Shown piece after piece: positions 28,349 to 42,589 of a stretch of 64,000 nt of DNA. Below the pieces are notes generated by a model. That model saw only the letters and a list, made by a program, of their open reading frames with translations. It did not search any database and was not told the origin of the DNA. How positions within the stretch are numbered: the stretch's first letter is position 1; each line of letters starts with the position of its first letter. This DNA is from the human T2T-CHM13v2.0 reference genome, Homo sapiens: the NCBI RefSeq assembly GCF_009914755.1, contig NC_060944.1; one strand, 5' to 3'. The position numbers were made by a program, and so were the translations under genes.

Positions 28349-28647
28349 CTGTAAGACAAGATTATCATCTCATACTGAGAAAACAAACTCAGAGAAATTA
28401 AGTCTCTGGTGTAAAGTCACACAGCAAAAGTCAGTTGAGAATCCAGATCAGTATTATTTTCCATTTAACCTTCCTTCTGCTATGGCACATAACCAGCTTT
28501 TACAGTGGGCAATAGAAAAGGGATACAGAATAAGAAATGAGTCTAGAACAAGGGATGTCTACAGAGACAAAGCCCAGGGAACCTGAAGCTTTTATTAGCT
28601 GAAAGCTTTCCCAGCATATCCATCCTCTGTTAAAAGCACAGAGTAGA

Positions 28648-28750
28648 GACTGGGCACAGTGGCTTACACGTGAGATCTCTGCACTTTGGGAGGCCAGGAA
28701 TTCAAGACCAGACTGGGCAATTAGTGAGATCCCATCTCTACAAGAAAAAA
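28648..28750 (+). mobile_element. FLAM/Alu left monomer with internal deletion
   Basis: ctgggcacagtggcttacac...gcactttgggaggccaggaattcaagaccag; aaaagcacag repeated at 28632-28641 and 28748-28757. Confidence 0.8.
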
Positions 28751-29040
28751 AGCACAGCCCGTAAACGCTTTGATTGTTTAACTTAATTTAAAAGGAGGTA
28801 TCTTGCATTACTATTTTCTTTCCATGACTGCTTGCTGTTGTCTTCCCTTCTCTCAAGTGCTCCCCACAGCTGGTTGTTGTCCTTTCCCATCCTTCAAATT
28901 TCCTCAAGAAAATGCCTCTACTGGAAACAAATCCTGAGAAGGGCAGCTCCTGGACTTTCCTGAACATGGGACAAAGTATGTCAAGCATCACACTTATTTA
29001 CCCTAGTTTGCCAACCCAGCCATCAAACGGCCCAGGCATG

Positions 29041-29344
29041 TGCATCGGTTTAGATCTTCTGAGAAGTGGGAGCCAAAATGGAAATAGATGTACAAGAGAT
29101 TTATTGGGCGAAGGATCTGTAAAGGATAAAAGGGAGAGAAAACAGAAGATTGGAGGGAACCTTTGGACTGCAATGCAGGTCTGACACTTGACACCAGGTC
29201 TGACACCTCTGAAGACAGAGGAGGAAAGAAGGAAGGAGTGCATCACAAATTTGCAGCAACTGGCATCTGTCAGCTCACTACACTCCTCACAGCAGGTTAT
29301 TTCTTGAAAGGAAATATGGGAAGCACATTTACGTGGCTGCCACA
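29041..29344 (-). mobile_element. LTR16-group ERVL LTR fragment
   Basis: gatgtacaagagatttattggg...tgcaggtctgacac...gctgccaca. Confidence 0.6.
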
Positions 29345-30239
29345 CAGTTTGATCTTCTCCAAAGTCTTCTGCAATTCAAGTAGATTCCTGCACCTTGGGA
29401 GGAATGATCGACTCTCTGGAAAAAGTGGTTACATTTTGCAGGGTCGGTTCCTACAAAACCTGCAAAAAATAGTTTGTTTATTTAAAAAAGCCAGGATGTC
29501 TTCAAAGATACACCTGTCTCTTGTATTAATGTCAGATAGTATTGAAAGGATGGTGGAAAAGGGGTTTCGTTACCTCTAATGAGTATGATTTAGCAAAAAA
29601 TAAAGAACAGGGAGAAAAAGAAAATCCACCAGAAGAACAGTTCTGTGGAGAATCATTATCTGTCACAGAATTCTTCACATATAAAATGCTCACTAATATG
29701 TATTGACTGAGTGAACCATTTCCATATTTCAGCTACTGACCTCTACTTTAATGTCTTCTGGTGGAGACCATGCATTCTTCAAGCATATATGTGCACCTAC
29801 TATGTGCCAGACATTATACTCAGTGTTGCAAATGCTGAGATAAATATATATGGCTCCTGCCTTTAAGAGATGAATACTTCAATGGGAAAATATTCAGAGT
29901 AAATGGAAATATAAGCAAATATTTATTTTTAAGTGCTCCTATAGCAGGATGAACAAGACACTTTGATGACTGCTATGATTAGCATGTAATCTGTTGCAAG
30001 GAACATAAATCCCAATTCAAATTGGCTTAAATAGGGAGATATTGCTTCTCATAAGTGGTCTCTTGGAACACAGTTGTATTTTCCTCTCTTTCTGTGTCCA
30101 GGAAAGTCATCTGCAGCCTAAACGTTTCTCTTTCTTACAGAACCTTCAAATTCATGCATCAATACCCCTATTTTTTCTACCAAGTCTCCTAACACTACAG
30201 CCTTGATGATCCCTTTCCCAAGGTGTATGGGCAGCTGAC

Positions 30240-30800
30240 TAACCACCTGGAGTCCTCTGTAGTGCCCTTGTGCCACTCAACCAATTCCATACTTCAGGGT
30301 TTGTTATTAACAATGTCCTACTTTCTGGAATCAAGCTCTCTATCATATAAGATGCCTTCAGTTGTAAATAACGAACAAATTTAACTCAAAGTAGTATTTA
30401 CTAAAAAGAGGATATCTGGGCGAATAACAAAGCCCTTGATGTTGGAAAGTATTGGTTTGATTCAGCATTTGAACACTGTCATCATTTCTCTCTCTCTTCT
30501 GTTTGCCATGGTGTTAATTTCATCCTAAGGCTGGTTGTACTTCACGATTATGATGTCTGCTAACAACCATGAAAGGTCCACGCCTCTTCAGGCCATGTCA
30601 AGAGATGGGGAGAACAAGTTATTATGAAAAGCTCTCTAAGTAAAATGAGGAAGTGCAATTCCAAAAACTCCTAGATATCATATCTTCCCATTTTATGGGC
30701 CCACATGGGACCATGTGCTCAGCCCTGAACCAATTGCTGTAGCCAAAAAATACGGTTTACTAATGAAAATAGCCCTGAACCATGTACAAGAGTTCAGTCT
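30240..30800 (-). mobile_element. old MaLR (MLT1J/K-type) LTR with adjacent internal fragment
   Basis: agatgccttcagttgtaaataacg...tttaactcaaag; ggaccatgtgctcagccctgaaccaattgctgtagcc. Confidence 0.55.
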
Positions 30801-31828
30801 TCTTCTCACAAAACACATGAATTTGAATTGGGGAGATGTTGATCTAAATAATAACAAAGTAAGGTTTTTATAAAAGTGGATGCTGGAGAGACAGCCACAG
30901 TTTCCACTACAACAATGATAATGATGACAGCAAACATTTCCTGAAAGCTTCTATGCATGAGACCCAGCTCACAGCTTAAGATTCCTAGAATGGACATATC
31001 TATGCTCACAGCATGCCTCCAAGAAATCCAGCCAGAGAATCATGAGCCTAGCCCTTCTGCAAGCCCCAGCTGAAACAAAAACCCAACCCAGCTCAACTGA
31101 GTCTCCTCTCACCCCTTCCCTTATCTCTAAACACACTTATTTTACTGCTGTTTGCTTAAAGCATGGGGCAGACATAATTACTGAATTAGGCAAGATCTGG
31201 AAAGAACCCCAAAGCCATTTTTACTCAAACAGAAATCATTTGTTCTAAGGAGCCCACCCATCACCTCCTGACCTTGGAGCTTAATTAATTTTACACAAGA
31301 AAAGTGCTGGGTGCCCCTGACCCCTCCTGTTGGAGACATTCCCATTAAGAAGGTTACTGCCTCCCTCAGCAGGGACCCAGCTGAAATTGGCTATAAGGGC
31401 TCTGTAAATCTGGCACTTGTCCGGGCAAGAAAACTGAGTTTTCTGAAGCAACTGGAGAGGAAATAAAAAGTAAGTCTCACCTCAGCCAGAGTTGCCTCCT
31501 TGGTTCAGAATTGCCATTGTCACTAGAGTTTTCAAAGAAGCCACAGGAAAAGCGTCTGCCTGGGACTCCCTGATCTCCACCTCCTTTCACTGAGCTGACT
31601 CCTTGATCCTTCAGTACTCATCTTGGCTGCTCTTCCTTGAGGAAGTCTTCTTGACTCTTCCTTCAACCTTGCAGATTGTGTAGGCTACAACCCTCTGCGT
31701 TTGTCACACCCATGGCCCTTTTTCTCTCCACCATGCATCTAACCCAACTGAGCAAAATGGCTTACTTACTTACCTATGACCCCCTCTAGATCATGGGTGC
31801 CTTCAGAATAAGTACAGAGTGTATTTAG

Positions 31829-32165
<337 letters not shown>

Positions 32166-32730
32166 TCAACTTTCAACTACATCCTTAACCTCTTAGAGGC
32201 TCGATAATTACCATGGAAAGAAGGAATAGAAGGGGATAAGTAGGTAGACAGACACCCAGTAGATGAGTGTCTTGTTCATCCTGTTCTCATAGCTCCACAG
32301 GCCTCATCATAGAATCTTCATGACGTAAACTTGGAGCTGTCTGCTTTCCTACGCTGCAAACCTTGATGATGATGTGGTATTATTTCTGCCTTCCTTCTCC
32401 AGCACAGAATCTGAGGGCTCAAGGGAATGACTGGCAGACGAAGCCTGAAGGGGATGGTGCAATTTCAAAATTCAACTAGGAAAACCAGATGTCCTACTCT
32501 TGGAGTTACGGAGTGCAGGTGAGGAACTGCCTATCACCCTTCACTGCTAATGAGCTCTTCTTCCCACCTTTCCCACAAAGTGAGGCTGAAAAAAATCTTT
32601 TCAGCCAAATTCAACTGCAGAAACACTGGCTTAAACAAATGTAAAGTGGTTCCTTTAATGGAGAATTTCTTAGAATTTCAGATCATTGTGTGATATGAAA
32701 CTGCAGGGTATGGACAGAAGGGTAGAAAAT

Positions 32731-32735
<5 letters not shown>

Positions 32736-32787
<52 letters not shown>
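32736..32787. repeat. (TA)26 microsatellite
   Basis: uninterrupted TA run. Confidence 0.97.
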
Positions 32788-32793
<6 letters not shown>

Positions 32794-32916
32794 GTAGCCA
32801 ACTGGATATTTTGTTGTTTATTTAGGAGTCTAACATTGAATTACTGTCATATTGAATAGTGTTTCACAAATTTATTTGTGGCATAAAACAAGTTTCTTAA
32901 AGAGATTTGGAGGGGT

Positions 32917-33226
32917 TCTTTTTTAATTTTTTTTCTTAGAGACAGGATCTCACTCTGTCACCCAGGCTCAAGTATAGTAATGTGATCCTAATTCACTCTA
33001 ACCTGGAACCAGGCTCAAGAAATCCTCCTGCCTCAGTCTCCTGAATAGTTAGGATCACAGGCATGTGCCACCACTCCTGGCTTTTCTTTTTTTTTTTTTT
33101 TTTTAAATAGAGATGGGGTCTCATTTTGTTGCCAAGACTGGTCACAAACTCTTGGCCTCAAGTGATCCTCCCACTTCAGCCTCCCAAAGTGCTGGAATTA
33201 CAGGCGTGGGTCCCCATACCCGGCCC
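32917..33226 (-). mobile_element. AluJ
   Basis: gagacaggatctcactctgtcacccagg; ggctcaagaaatcctcctgcc; gagatggggtctcattttgttgcc. Confidence 0.9.
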
Positions 33227-34124
33227 TGTTTGTTTTTTAATTTAGAATTTGCCGTGGACCAACAGGCAGTCGTATTCTCCACAACTAGTGCACAGCTCAT
33301 GCTGCATGTCATCCACCTCTTTTTTCTCCCTCAACTCCCTCTCTCTTTCTCCCTGTCTCTCTCTCCCAGAGAAAGAGAACATAACTGGAAAGTGAGCTGG
33401 TGCACTAAAGCATCACCACCATCTGTCCATTTCCCACACTAGGAGATACCTCTGTATTACGCAGTCCCATGGCAGAAGCTTCTGGAGGAGGAAACAGATT
33501 TCCCTTGCCCCTTCAGTTGAAGAATGAACATCAGGACCAGAGCTTTGACTTGCCAATGACTAGGGTGGCCTGGTCTAGTGGAAACTGAGAGCCTCTTATT
33601 TCTCGGGCTCTGCTTGACAAAGCTATGTCAAACCAAAGATGCTGTGCAGGTAGGACCTGGCTTTGGAGGTGAGATCTCTCATCATCACCATCCACCAGAC
33701 ACTCTTACTCTAATCTGTCTTAGCCATCCAACAGCCCACCTCCCACTGTGCTGGCTTTAAGACCAACCAGGAATCCTTTGTCCATCCCCAACTCTAGTGA
33801 CAGTGACACTATGTAAGAGGGAGACAAACCAATGGAGTGAAATAAGTGTCAATCAAGGAAAAGAGCTCCTTGTCTTGTCTGGGCTACCCACCTCTGAGCC
33901 CTCTGGCTTGCATGGCTTACTTCTCAGTGAGCTGAGACTTCAGCTCCACCAGAAGGGTTCAGTTTCACAAATATCTTCACCAAAAAACACCTCCTTTGCT
34001 CCCAGAACAGGAATGCCCCAGTGCCCCATCCATATCCATGGGTCAGTCTTAGGATTGAAGGAGCCTGGTTTCTGGCTGAAGCTCTCACCAAGAGGATTAC
34101 TCAGGTGTACCAGACATTTTTAGT

Positions 34125-34830
34125 TTTTTTAAAAAATAACTTTAACTTTTATTTTAGATTCAGGGGGTACATGTGTAGGTTTATTACCCGAGTATATTGT
34201 AATGATGATGAGGTTAGGGATGTGACTGATCCTGTCATCCACATACTGAGCACAATACCCAATAGTTAGATTTTCATTCCTTGCTCCCCTCCCTGACTGC
34301 CCCCTCTAGTTGTCCCTGGTGTCTACCATTACTATCTTTAGGTCCATGTGTACCCAATGTTTACCTCCCACTTACAAGTGAGAACATGTGATATTTGGTT
34401 TTCTGTTCTTGTGTTAATTCACTTAGGATAGTGACCTCCAGCACCATCCATGTTGCTACAAAGGACATGACTTTATTCTTTTTTGTGGCTGTGTAATATT
34501 CCATAGTATATATGTACCACATTTTATTTATCCAATCCACCATGGATGGGCACCTAGGTAGATTCCATCTCTTTGCTGTTGTGAATAGTGTTGCAGTAAA
34601 CATGTGAGTGCATGTGTCTATTTGGTAGAACGATTTGTTTTCTTTTGCATATATACCCACTAATTAGATTACTGGGTTGAACAGCGATTCCGTTTTAAGT
34701 TCTTTGAGAAATCTCCAAACTGCTTTTCATAGTGGCTGAACTAATTTATATTCCCACCAACAGTGTATAAGCATTCCCTTTTCTCTGCAGCCCTACCAGT
34801 ATCTTTTGTTTTTGACTTTGTAATAATATG
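34125..34830 (-). mobile_element. L1PA15/16-type 3' fragment
   Basis: ttagattcagggggtacatgtg; minus ORF 34361-34660 is the L1 ORF2 C-terminus (CTHMFTATLFTTAKRWNLPRCPS...MWYIYTMEYY). Confidence 0.9.
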
Positions 34831-35064
34831 AGCTTTGTTTTTTATCTGAGTCAGTATGCAAAAGCCAGAATAGATCTTTCTCACCCCAGTCATCAGTTTG
34901 GACATATATTGGAAATTCAGGGAGCAAGTTTCTCTCCAGGCCACTTTTTTCTATATATTTCCTCTTCTTAAGTGATATAAGGCCCCCCACTTGTGTTGGT
35001 GTCAAGTGGCCAATAAGAATACCAGTAATACTCATAGTTATAGGATAGTAATGAGTTAGGTACT

Positions 35065-35442
35065 TGATATGGTCTGGCTCTTTGTCACCATACAAATCTC
35101 ATCTTGAATTGTAATCCAAATTGTAATTCCTATGTGTCTGGGGAGGAACCTAGTGGGAGGTAATTGGAGCATGGGGGCAGTTCCCGCATGCTGTTCTCAC
35201 GATAGAAAGTGAGTTGTCGTGAGATCTGATGGTGTTCTAAGGACCTTGTCCCTCTTTAATCTGCACTTCTCTTTCCTGCCACCTTGTGAAGAAGGACATG
35301 TTTGCTTCTCCTTCCACCATGATTGTAAGTTTCCTGAGGCCTCCCCAGCCATCCAAAACTGTGAGTCAATTAAACCTCTTTCCTTTATAAATTACCCAGT
35401 CTTGGATATTTCTTCATAGCAGTGTGAAAATGGGCTAATACA
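35065..35442 (+). mobile_element. THE1 (THE1C-like) solo LTR
   Basis: tgatatggtctggctc...gtaagtttcctgaggcctccccagcc...ctaataca; perfect TSD gtact (35060-35064, 35443-35447). Confidence 0.93.
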
Positions 35443-35959
35443 GTACTACACTAAGTACTTTGCTTATATAATCTCATTTAATCCACATGTCAACCTAGGA
35501 GGAAATAGATACAAGTATCCTCATCTCAAAGATGAGGAAATCAAGGCTCAAGAAAGCTTTAGTAGTTGCCCAAAATCTGCATCACTCCAAGTTCTGTACT
35601 TTAAATCAATGTGTTATATTATCTCTGACTCCTGTAATGAGCCTAAAGAGACAAGGGGATGGAAGACCCAGATCTTCCCAAGGGATGAAAGACTGAACAA
35701 AGCATTCTGCCCCTTACTTCTTCTGACTCCCCATCCAAACTTATTTGTCAGATGAAAATGGGCACCGAGGTCGACGTTGAAAGGAAAAGTCATGCTAAAA
35801 GAGAGCCTAGTTTGGAAAGGGGTGACTAAGACATCAGGATATAAATATTTTCTTGATGTAAGCATAATGTGTGAATAGTGTTCTTAATTCTAAGCCCTGA
35901 GGTTTTTTGGCATCAGCCAGACTCACAACCACAGCACTGTCAGGTAGCTGGGGTGGGAG

Positions 35960-36333
35960 AGATCAATGGTCAGCCAAAGACTCCTGTTCCCCTTCTGTAT
36001 CAATAAATGACAGCTGAAGAGCTCTTACCCAGCTAAGGGACTACATTTCTCAGGCTCCTTTGTACTCATCTGTGGCACCAAGTTGTGGAATGTAGACAGA
36101 AATAATCTGTTCTACTTTCAGGCCTATTGGAACCTCACACACTGCCCTCAGCTCTCTCCCTCTTTCAATATAATGGCTAGTGTCAATGCCCAAATGACCT
36201 AATTACCCATGAGAAGCCCACCTTCTGCCGCCAATTAGACTTTATGGGAGTAAGAAATATATTTCTTTTATGTCACATCAGTGAGGTTTTGGGTTTTCTC
36301 CGTCATGGCAGCTAGCAATACCTTAACTAGTAC
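35960..36333 (+). mobile_element. MLT1J-type LTR
   Basis: cccagctaagggactacatttctcaggctcc; ggcagctagcaataccttaactagtaca. Confidence 0.7.
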
Positions 36334-36949
36334 AGAGACCACACCGGCTTGATAGACTTGGGCTCCACCACACTGAAAGGACCAGTTTTCTCTCAAGACA
36401 AAAGAGACCTTGAGGACCTCAGCCTGGACCCATATCTCTACGGGTTATAGGCTAGGTCCCTAACCCTAACTCATCCTATCTTACTCTGAAGCCCCATCTT
36501 ACCCTCTCAACAAATGTCTTCCTGTTGTAGACAGCAGCTAGCAGTCCCTGAACCCAGAAAACTTCCTCTTCAGATCTCTGCAAGGCCTAAAGGATCTTTC
36601 AATTGCATGAATTCAAACTCACTATCCACACATTCCCCTCATACTCACACCCATTCCCAGCAAATTGTCCTTCACTACTCTAAGTAGAATCTCTATTGCA
36701 TTAAGCCATATCTATACCTTAATTTAATGTTTTATAAATTGTGGAATGCTATCTAGTATTGTGATGGTAAGTTGAGATTAATCAAAAATTTCAAAAAATG
36801 AAATAGAAGAGAATACAAAATATCAAAATGCATTGCACATAGCAAAGGCACATTTTGCTTTGATATCAGGATATAAATGTTTTCTTGATGCAAACATAAT
36901 TTATAAAAAGTGCTCTTATTTTTCTTATTTCTCAACAGATACAGATACT

Positions 36950-37160
36950 TCTGTATCTGTTTTGTTATACTTCTGTATCTATCTATGTGTCTGTCTGTCT
37001 GTTAATCCATGCATTCACCTGTTGGTCTGTCCATTCATCCATTTATTCATCTATCCACCCATTCATCCATCCATCCATCCATCCATCTATCCATCCATCT
37101 ATTTATCTATCTATCCACTTACCTACCTATACACACACATATATACACACATAATATATG
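36950..37160. repeat. compound (TCTR)/(TCCA)/(CA) simple repeat
   Basis: tatctatctatgtgtctgtctgtc...catccatccatccatcc...acacacac. Confidence 0.85.
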
Positions 37161-37197
37161 TATAATAAGTCACAATGTAAAATATATGTCTTACTAA

Positions 37198-37704
<507 letters not shown>

Positions 37705-38579
37705 ATACTTTCATTTTTCAAGCCAGCGCAAAGCTTTAAATAATTTAAAAATGTGGACATCCAGTTCATTTATGATTCCTAAAATTTTGTTCTTTTCTTC
37801 TCTCCTCTCTTTAAAGTGTGTTGCATCTTTATCTCTGTCTGGAGAAAATTGGTCCCAGCCAAGTTGTAGGGTTACGGCTTCAAATATACACATGCTTATC
37901 TATATAATGCTGTGTGTATCCCTTGTGTCCAAAAGAGTACACCCCAGGATGATCCACGTGGCTAATTAAGAGTTTGACTCATATATTTTTGATAAGAAAA
38001 TATTGGGGAAAAGTCTAAATTATTTATAAACTAGGATTATGTATTAAAAGCGAATTCAATATACATGTGTATATAACAAATATTTATTGAGCAACTACTG
38101 TGCAGCAGGATGAAGATAAAATGGTATAAGAAGAGATTCCTATTTTTCATGTACCTTATGGTTTAGTTATTAGAAAGTTGTTTTACTGCCAATAAATATA
38201 AGGGAGAAAAAAATTCAAAATTATCAAAGTTTTTAATAGGGACTAACTCACCAATGACTTCGATGTTTAATGAGGCCAAAACTCAGTATTTGGATCCCTT
38301 TGATGCTAGTATCAAGGATGTTGATTTTCTTACCCTCCTGGTAAAGGGAAACTGGATATGCTGAAAGCTCCTTGGCATTAAAAGCCAAGACCAAAGACGG
38401 TAATGAAATCATGGTGCACTCAAGTCATCACCAACAGGGCAGCAGAGGTTAGAGGCATCCAATTATAGGGAGCCCCTGACTCATGCTTCCTCCTGGTTCC
38501 CTGTCTCAGAGGCAGCTGAGAGGCTGGTCTTGGAAGTATATCTGTACAGATGGTTGATGTCTAATTAACAAGGGACCCA

Positions 38580-39170
38580 ATAACATCTTTCTGAAAGTCC
38601 CAATTTGATCATATTCTCTTCCAACCAGTTGTATCGCTTCAGTGGCTTCTCATTGCTATTGGGGAGAAGACTGAAATCCTTAAGCAGTCCTACAAATTCT
38701 TCCATAATCTGGATGCTGCCTGCTTGGCTCCTGCGTCTTCTCCTCATTCTCTGGAGAATTCAATTGCACATACCATATACCTTCTTACATTGGGCATTTG
38801 AACATGCATGCCATCTACCTGAAATAATCTCTCACTTCTTTCCTTGACTTTGTTTCATCCAGTTAATGCACTCATCTTCCAGACAGAAGCCTAGGGATCA
38901 TTGCCTTAGACAAGCCTTCCTTTACCTTCCTGGACTGAGTCAATTCCCCTTATTATTTACTTTAATGCCACCACATATAACTTCTCCATAGCACTTTAAC
39001 TTAATTGTAATGTTATATCTTTGATTAATATCTGCCTGAGGGTAGGAATAATGTGTTTTCTATTCCCTTTCATTATTTTCTTTCTTTCATTGATGCCTTT
39101 GGGTCCTAGAGCTGTGCCTGGCATTGAGTAGATTCTCAATAGCAGGTTGTTGAATAAATGCACGAATAAT
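38580..39170 (+). mobile_element. L2 3' region
   Basis: cttcagtggcttctcattgc; aagccttcctttacc; gctgtgcctggcattgagtagattctcaatagcaggttgttgaataaatg. Confidence 0.7.
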
Positions 39171-39749
39171 AATGGGAGTGTATTGCTAACATCTGGAACA
39201 GCATAGCCTAGCAGGATAGGCTGCCTAAAATTTCATTTGGGGAGGAAAACTAAAGACGACTTCAGGATAAGTGTCTAGTCCACTACACAAAAGAAACACA
39301 ACCTGAAAACAGATAGTGAGGATGAAGATCACTCCTTCTTGAATGGGTAGAGAGCCTCTTCTCCAAACATAAAAGCTACAGTGACATTTCCTGGGTTCCA
39401 TTCTGGGTGATGAAAGGGAATGTTTGCAGTACATGGTTGCTTCTCTTAAACATATTCCAGTAATGTCTTAAGGTTAAGAGAGCTACAAGTAGGTTGAGAG
39501 AGGCAGGCTATATTTTTTGAAAATTAGTAAGAGAAGGGTAAGATCAGTGATAAAAGATCTCTTACACTTTGAGGAGACCCATTTTGCTAGTGACATTGGA
39601 GTCATGGTCACATGGGTCCCTTCCAGGCTGCTATGGCACAGGACAGCTGGGCTGAGAGGCTGACTGGAAAAGCTTGGATTTCATGAGTAGGTTGAAGAGA
39701 AAGACCTTTGTGGATCTCAGATGGGAAGACAAGAGTTCCCACTCATGCA

Positions 39750-39980
39750 TAATAATCATAGTGATATTAAATACCACTTACTGAGCATCTATTATGTGTT
39801 AGGTACTTTAAAACTTTATTTTTAATGTTTAAAACAGCTCTGAAAGTTCAATTTTATAATCTCTATGTTACAAATATGAAAACGGAGGCTCAGACTGGTT
39901 AAGTGACTTGCCCAGCTGCTAAATGATAGAACCAAGACTCAAAAGTGGCTTGTGGTTGTGGCCATGCTTCTTCACTCACA
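39750..39980 (-). mobile_element. MIR
   Basis: cacttactgagcatctattatgtg...aaacggaggctcagactggttaagtgacttgccca. Confidence 0.75.
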
Positions 39981-41699
39981 GAACTGGCCCTGGGGGCTGC
40001 CCATGAAGACAAATGAACTTTTGCATAGTGTCCTTAAATACAAATAAATTACATGGACATTGCAACCTACTTTTCACCAGGTATCAAAGACCTGGGGTAC
40101 ATTCCCAACACAGTGTGCTTTCTTCCTCCTCAATTCCCTTTGAAGTTAGTGGGAAGTCAGCACCTGGAGGCTACAGAGAATCACAGTGGGGCTGAGTGTC
40201 CATCTTGATTTTACACTGTCCATATTTTTAATAAAATAATCCAGAATCAATCTCTATCTATCTACTTATCTACATATCTATCTTTTCCCAATTTAATGCG
40301 GTAGCACCAAATAATTTTCTAATTCAATGATAAAAATTAAACTTTCTATATGCAAAGTAGGTCAAAAATAGCTGCTTTAATTATTTAAGTAATATCCAAA
40401 CAGGCAAACATCAAAAGAAGCTCAAGTTGCAACACAAAGAAAGAAAAAAAATCTTTAGAATCAGCAACTTTTCTAAGGCAAACAAGATGATCTCAGACAC
40501 ATGCACAAGCTAAGTTTAAGGCTTTCTCTTTAAAAAAAATTGCAATTTCATTGATGATAAGATCATTAATAATACTACAACATGTCCACAGCATATTCTT
40601 ATCAACCCAGCATTCTGGTCGTATTTACATACAGGCTATTTATTGCTATGGGGTTTCAATGAGGAAAAACAAATTCATTAAAAAGCCTAGAAATTAGTAG
40701 GAAGGACTGAGATACTGATGAGGTTCCTTGATTCTAAACATGGCTGGCTATGCTAACAGCTCCTTTGGAATGCTTGGCCCTCTAGAATATAGCCAGAAAG
40801 CCAGGTGAGCGTTTTCCGCACTAAATGCTTATTCCCTACATTCTGCATCATTTTGTCAGCATAAAGTCTCTTCTCTGGCTTCCCTCCTTTAAAATATGAG
40901 CATTTCTATGGCCCTAGAAGCCCATTCTTAATTCAAATCTTTTCTACCTAACATGTAATTTTTTTTTTTTCTCTCCTCAACTAAACCTCTCTGAAGCATC
41001 AGGCACTGTATTGGGCACTGAGGAATAAGAACACAAAGAGAACAGCTGTTAAAGATCTCACAGAACCCAAACAACTAAGGCATAATCAATAAAATAATAG
41101 ATGCATATCCAGGGCTTCAAGAATACAGGAAAACTGAAAGCTTCACAGAGGATATCACATTTGAGCTTGAGTCTTATGAGGGAAAAAATAAACTAGAATC
41201 TACAATAAGAAAGAAGGCATCTCTGGCACCGGAGGCACTCTATGCAAAAACATAGAGAAATGAGAATGGCATGTTCTTGCAAGAAAACGCTGAGATGGAA
41301 TAAGGCTGTCTCCTAGGGGCGGCCAGAAATGTAACTGTACACGTATATTGGGGCCTCCTACATCATCTGGGACTTGGTTTTATCTGGAGGGCCTATGTTG
41401 ACAAGGATTAACTGACCATCACTCCGTAAAGTCTTGTACAGCAGAAATTTGGGTTCTATTCTGTATTATGACTTACTATACAACTAAGACAAATTCCTTC
41501 CCCTCTCTGAGAACATCCACTGCAAATCTTAAATGCCTCCCCAGAATCGTTCCCCAGTGGCTCCTGCCTCCCAAATTGTGCTGTCACTGATGGGTGGGCC
41601 AGCCACTTTCCCTGGGAATGCTGAGCCCTGGGCCTGGGCCAACAAGCCACATGCCCAGAGTTCTGGCTCCTCCTCCACTTCCAGACTTAGCAGGAACAC

Positions 41700-42095
41700 C
41701 AATCTGCCTTGGTGGCATCTGGCAAACAGAACAAACACCAAAAGGTCAGGTGACATGTCCCAGAAATCAGGGAATTAACTGTTCGTGGGCTGAGTCTTGA
41801 CTAATGGGAAAAAGGAGATGGAAGGGAGCCAAGCAGATAACATTTCCTCTTTCCTGCCCTGCAGACTACTCCATTTCTTCTGCAGCCAGTCCACCCAGGT
41901 TCTTCCTCTGAGGTGACTTGGTCTATTGTGAAGGAGCACCCATGAGGACACCTCATTTCCCATTGCTTCCCAGGATTCCTTGCCCTACTTTCCTTTCCTT
42001 ACCTTCTCCTTGTTCTGATCTGCACCTTCCAAGTCAAACGGATAAGACCCTCAGTTCTTGCTTCAGGCTCTGTTTTCTCAAGAGCACAGCCTCAG
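41700..42095 (+). mobile_element. old ERVL-type LTR (LTR50/LTR67B-like)
   Basis: gaaatcagggaattaac...gactaatgggaaaaaggagatggaagggagccaagcagataac; ttgcttcaggctctgttttct near the 3' end. Confidence 0.45.
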
Positions 42096-42213
42096 CCTGT
42101 TTTTGTTTTCAAAATGAGAGAGATGGCCAAGCACCCTCAAAGTTACTTCTGGGTCTGAGATTCCAAAGTCTTAGTTCTAACGTTCAACAGAACCTTGACC
42201 AAGACTTTTCACA

Positions 42214-42589
<376 letters not shown>

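Noticed and set aside
29163-29579. 138-aa ORF and overlapping ORFs at 28.8-29.3 kb
   Set aside because: Largely within an LTR16-like relic; no recognisable domain or exon structure
34361-34660. 99-aa ORF with clear protein homology
   Set aside because: It is the C-terminus of L1 ORF2p in a 5'-truncated L1PA fossil
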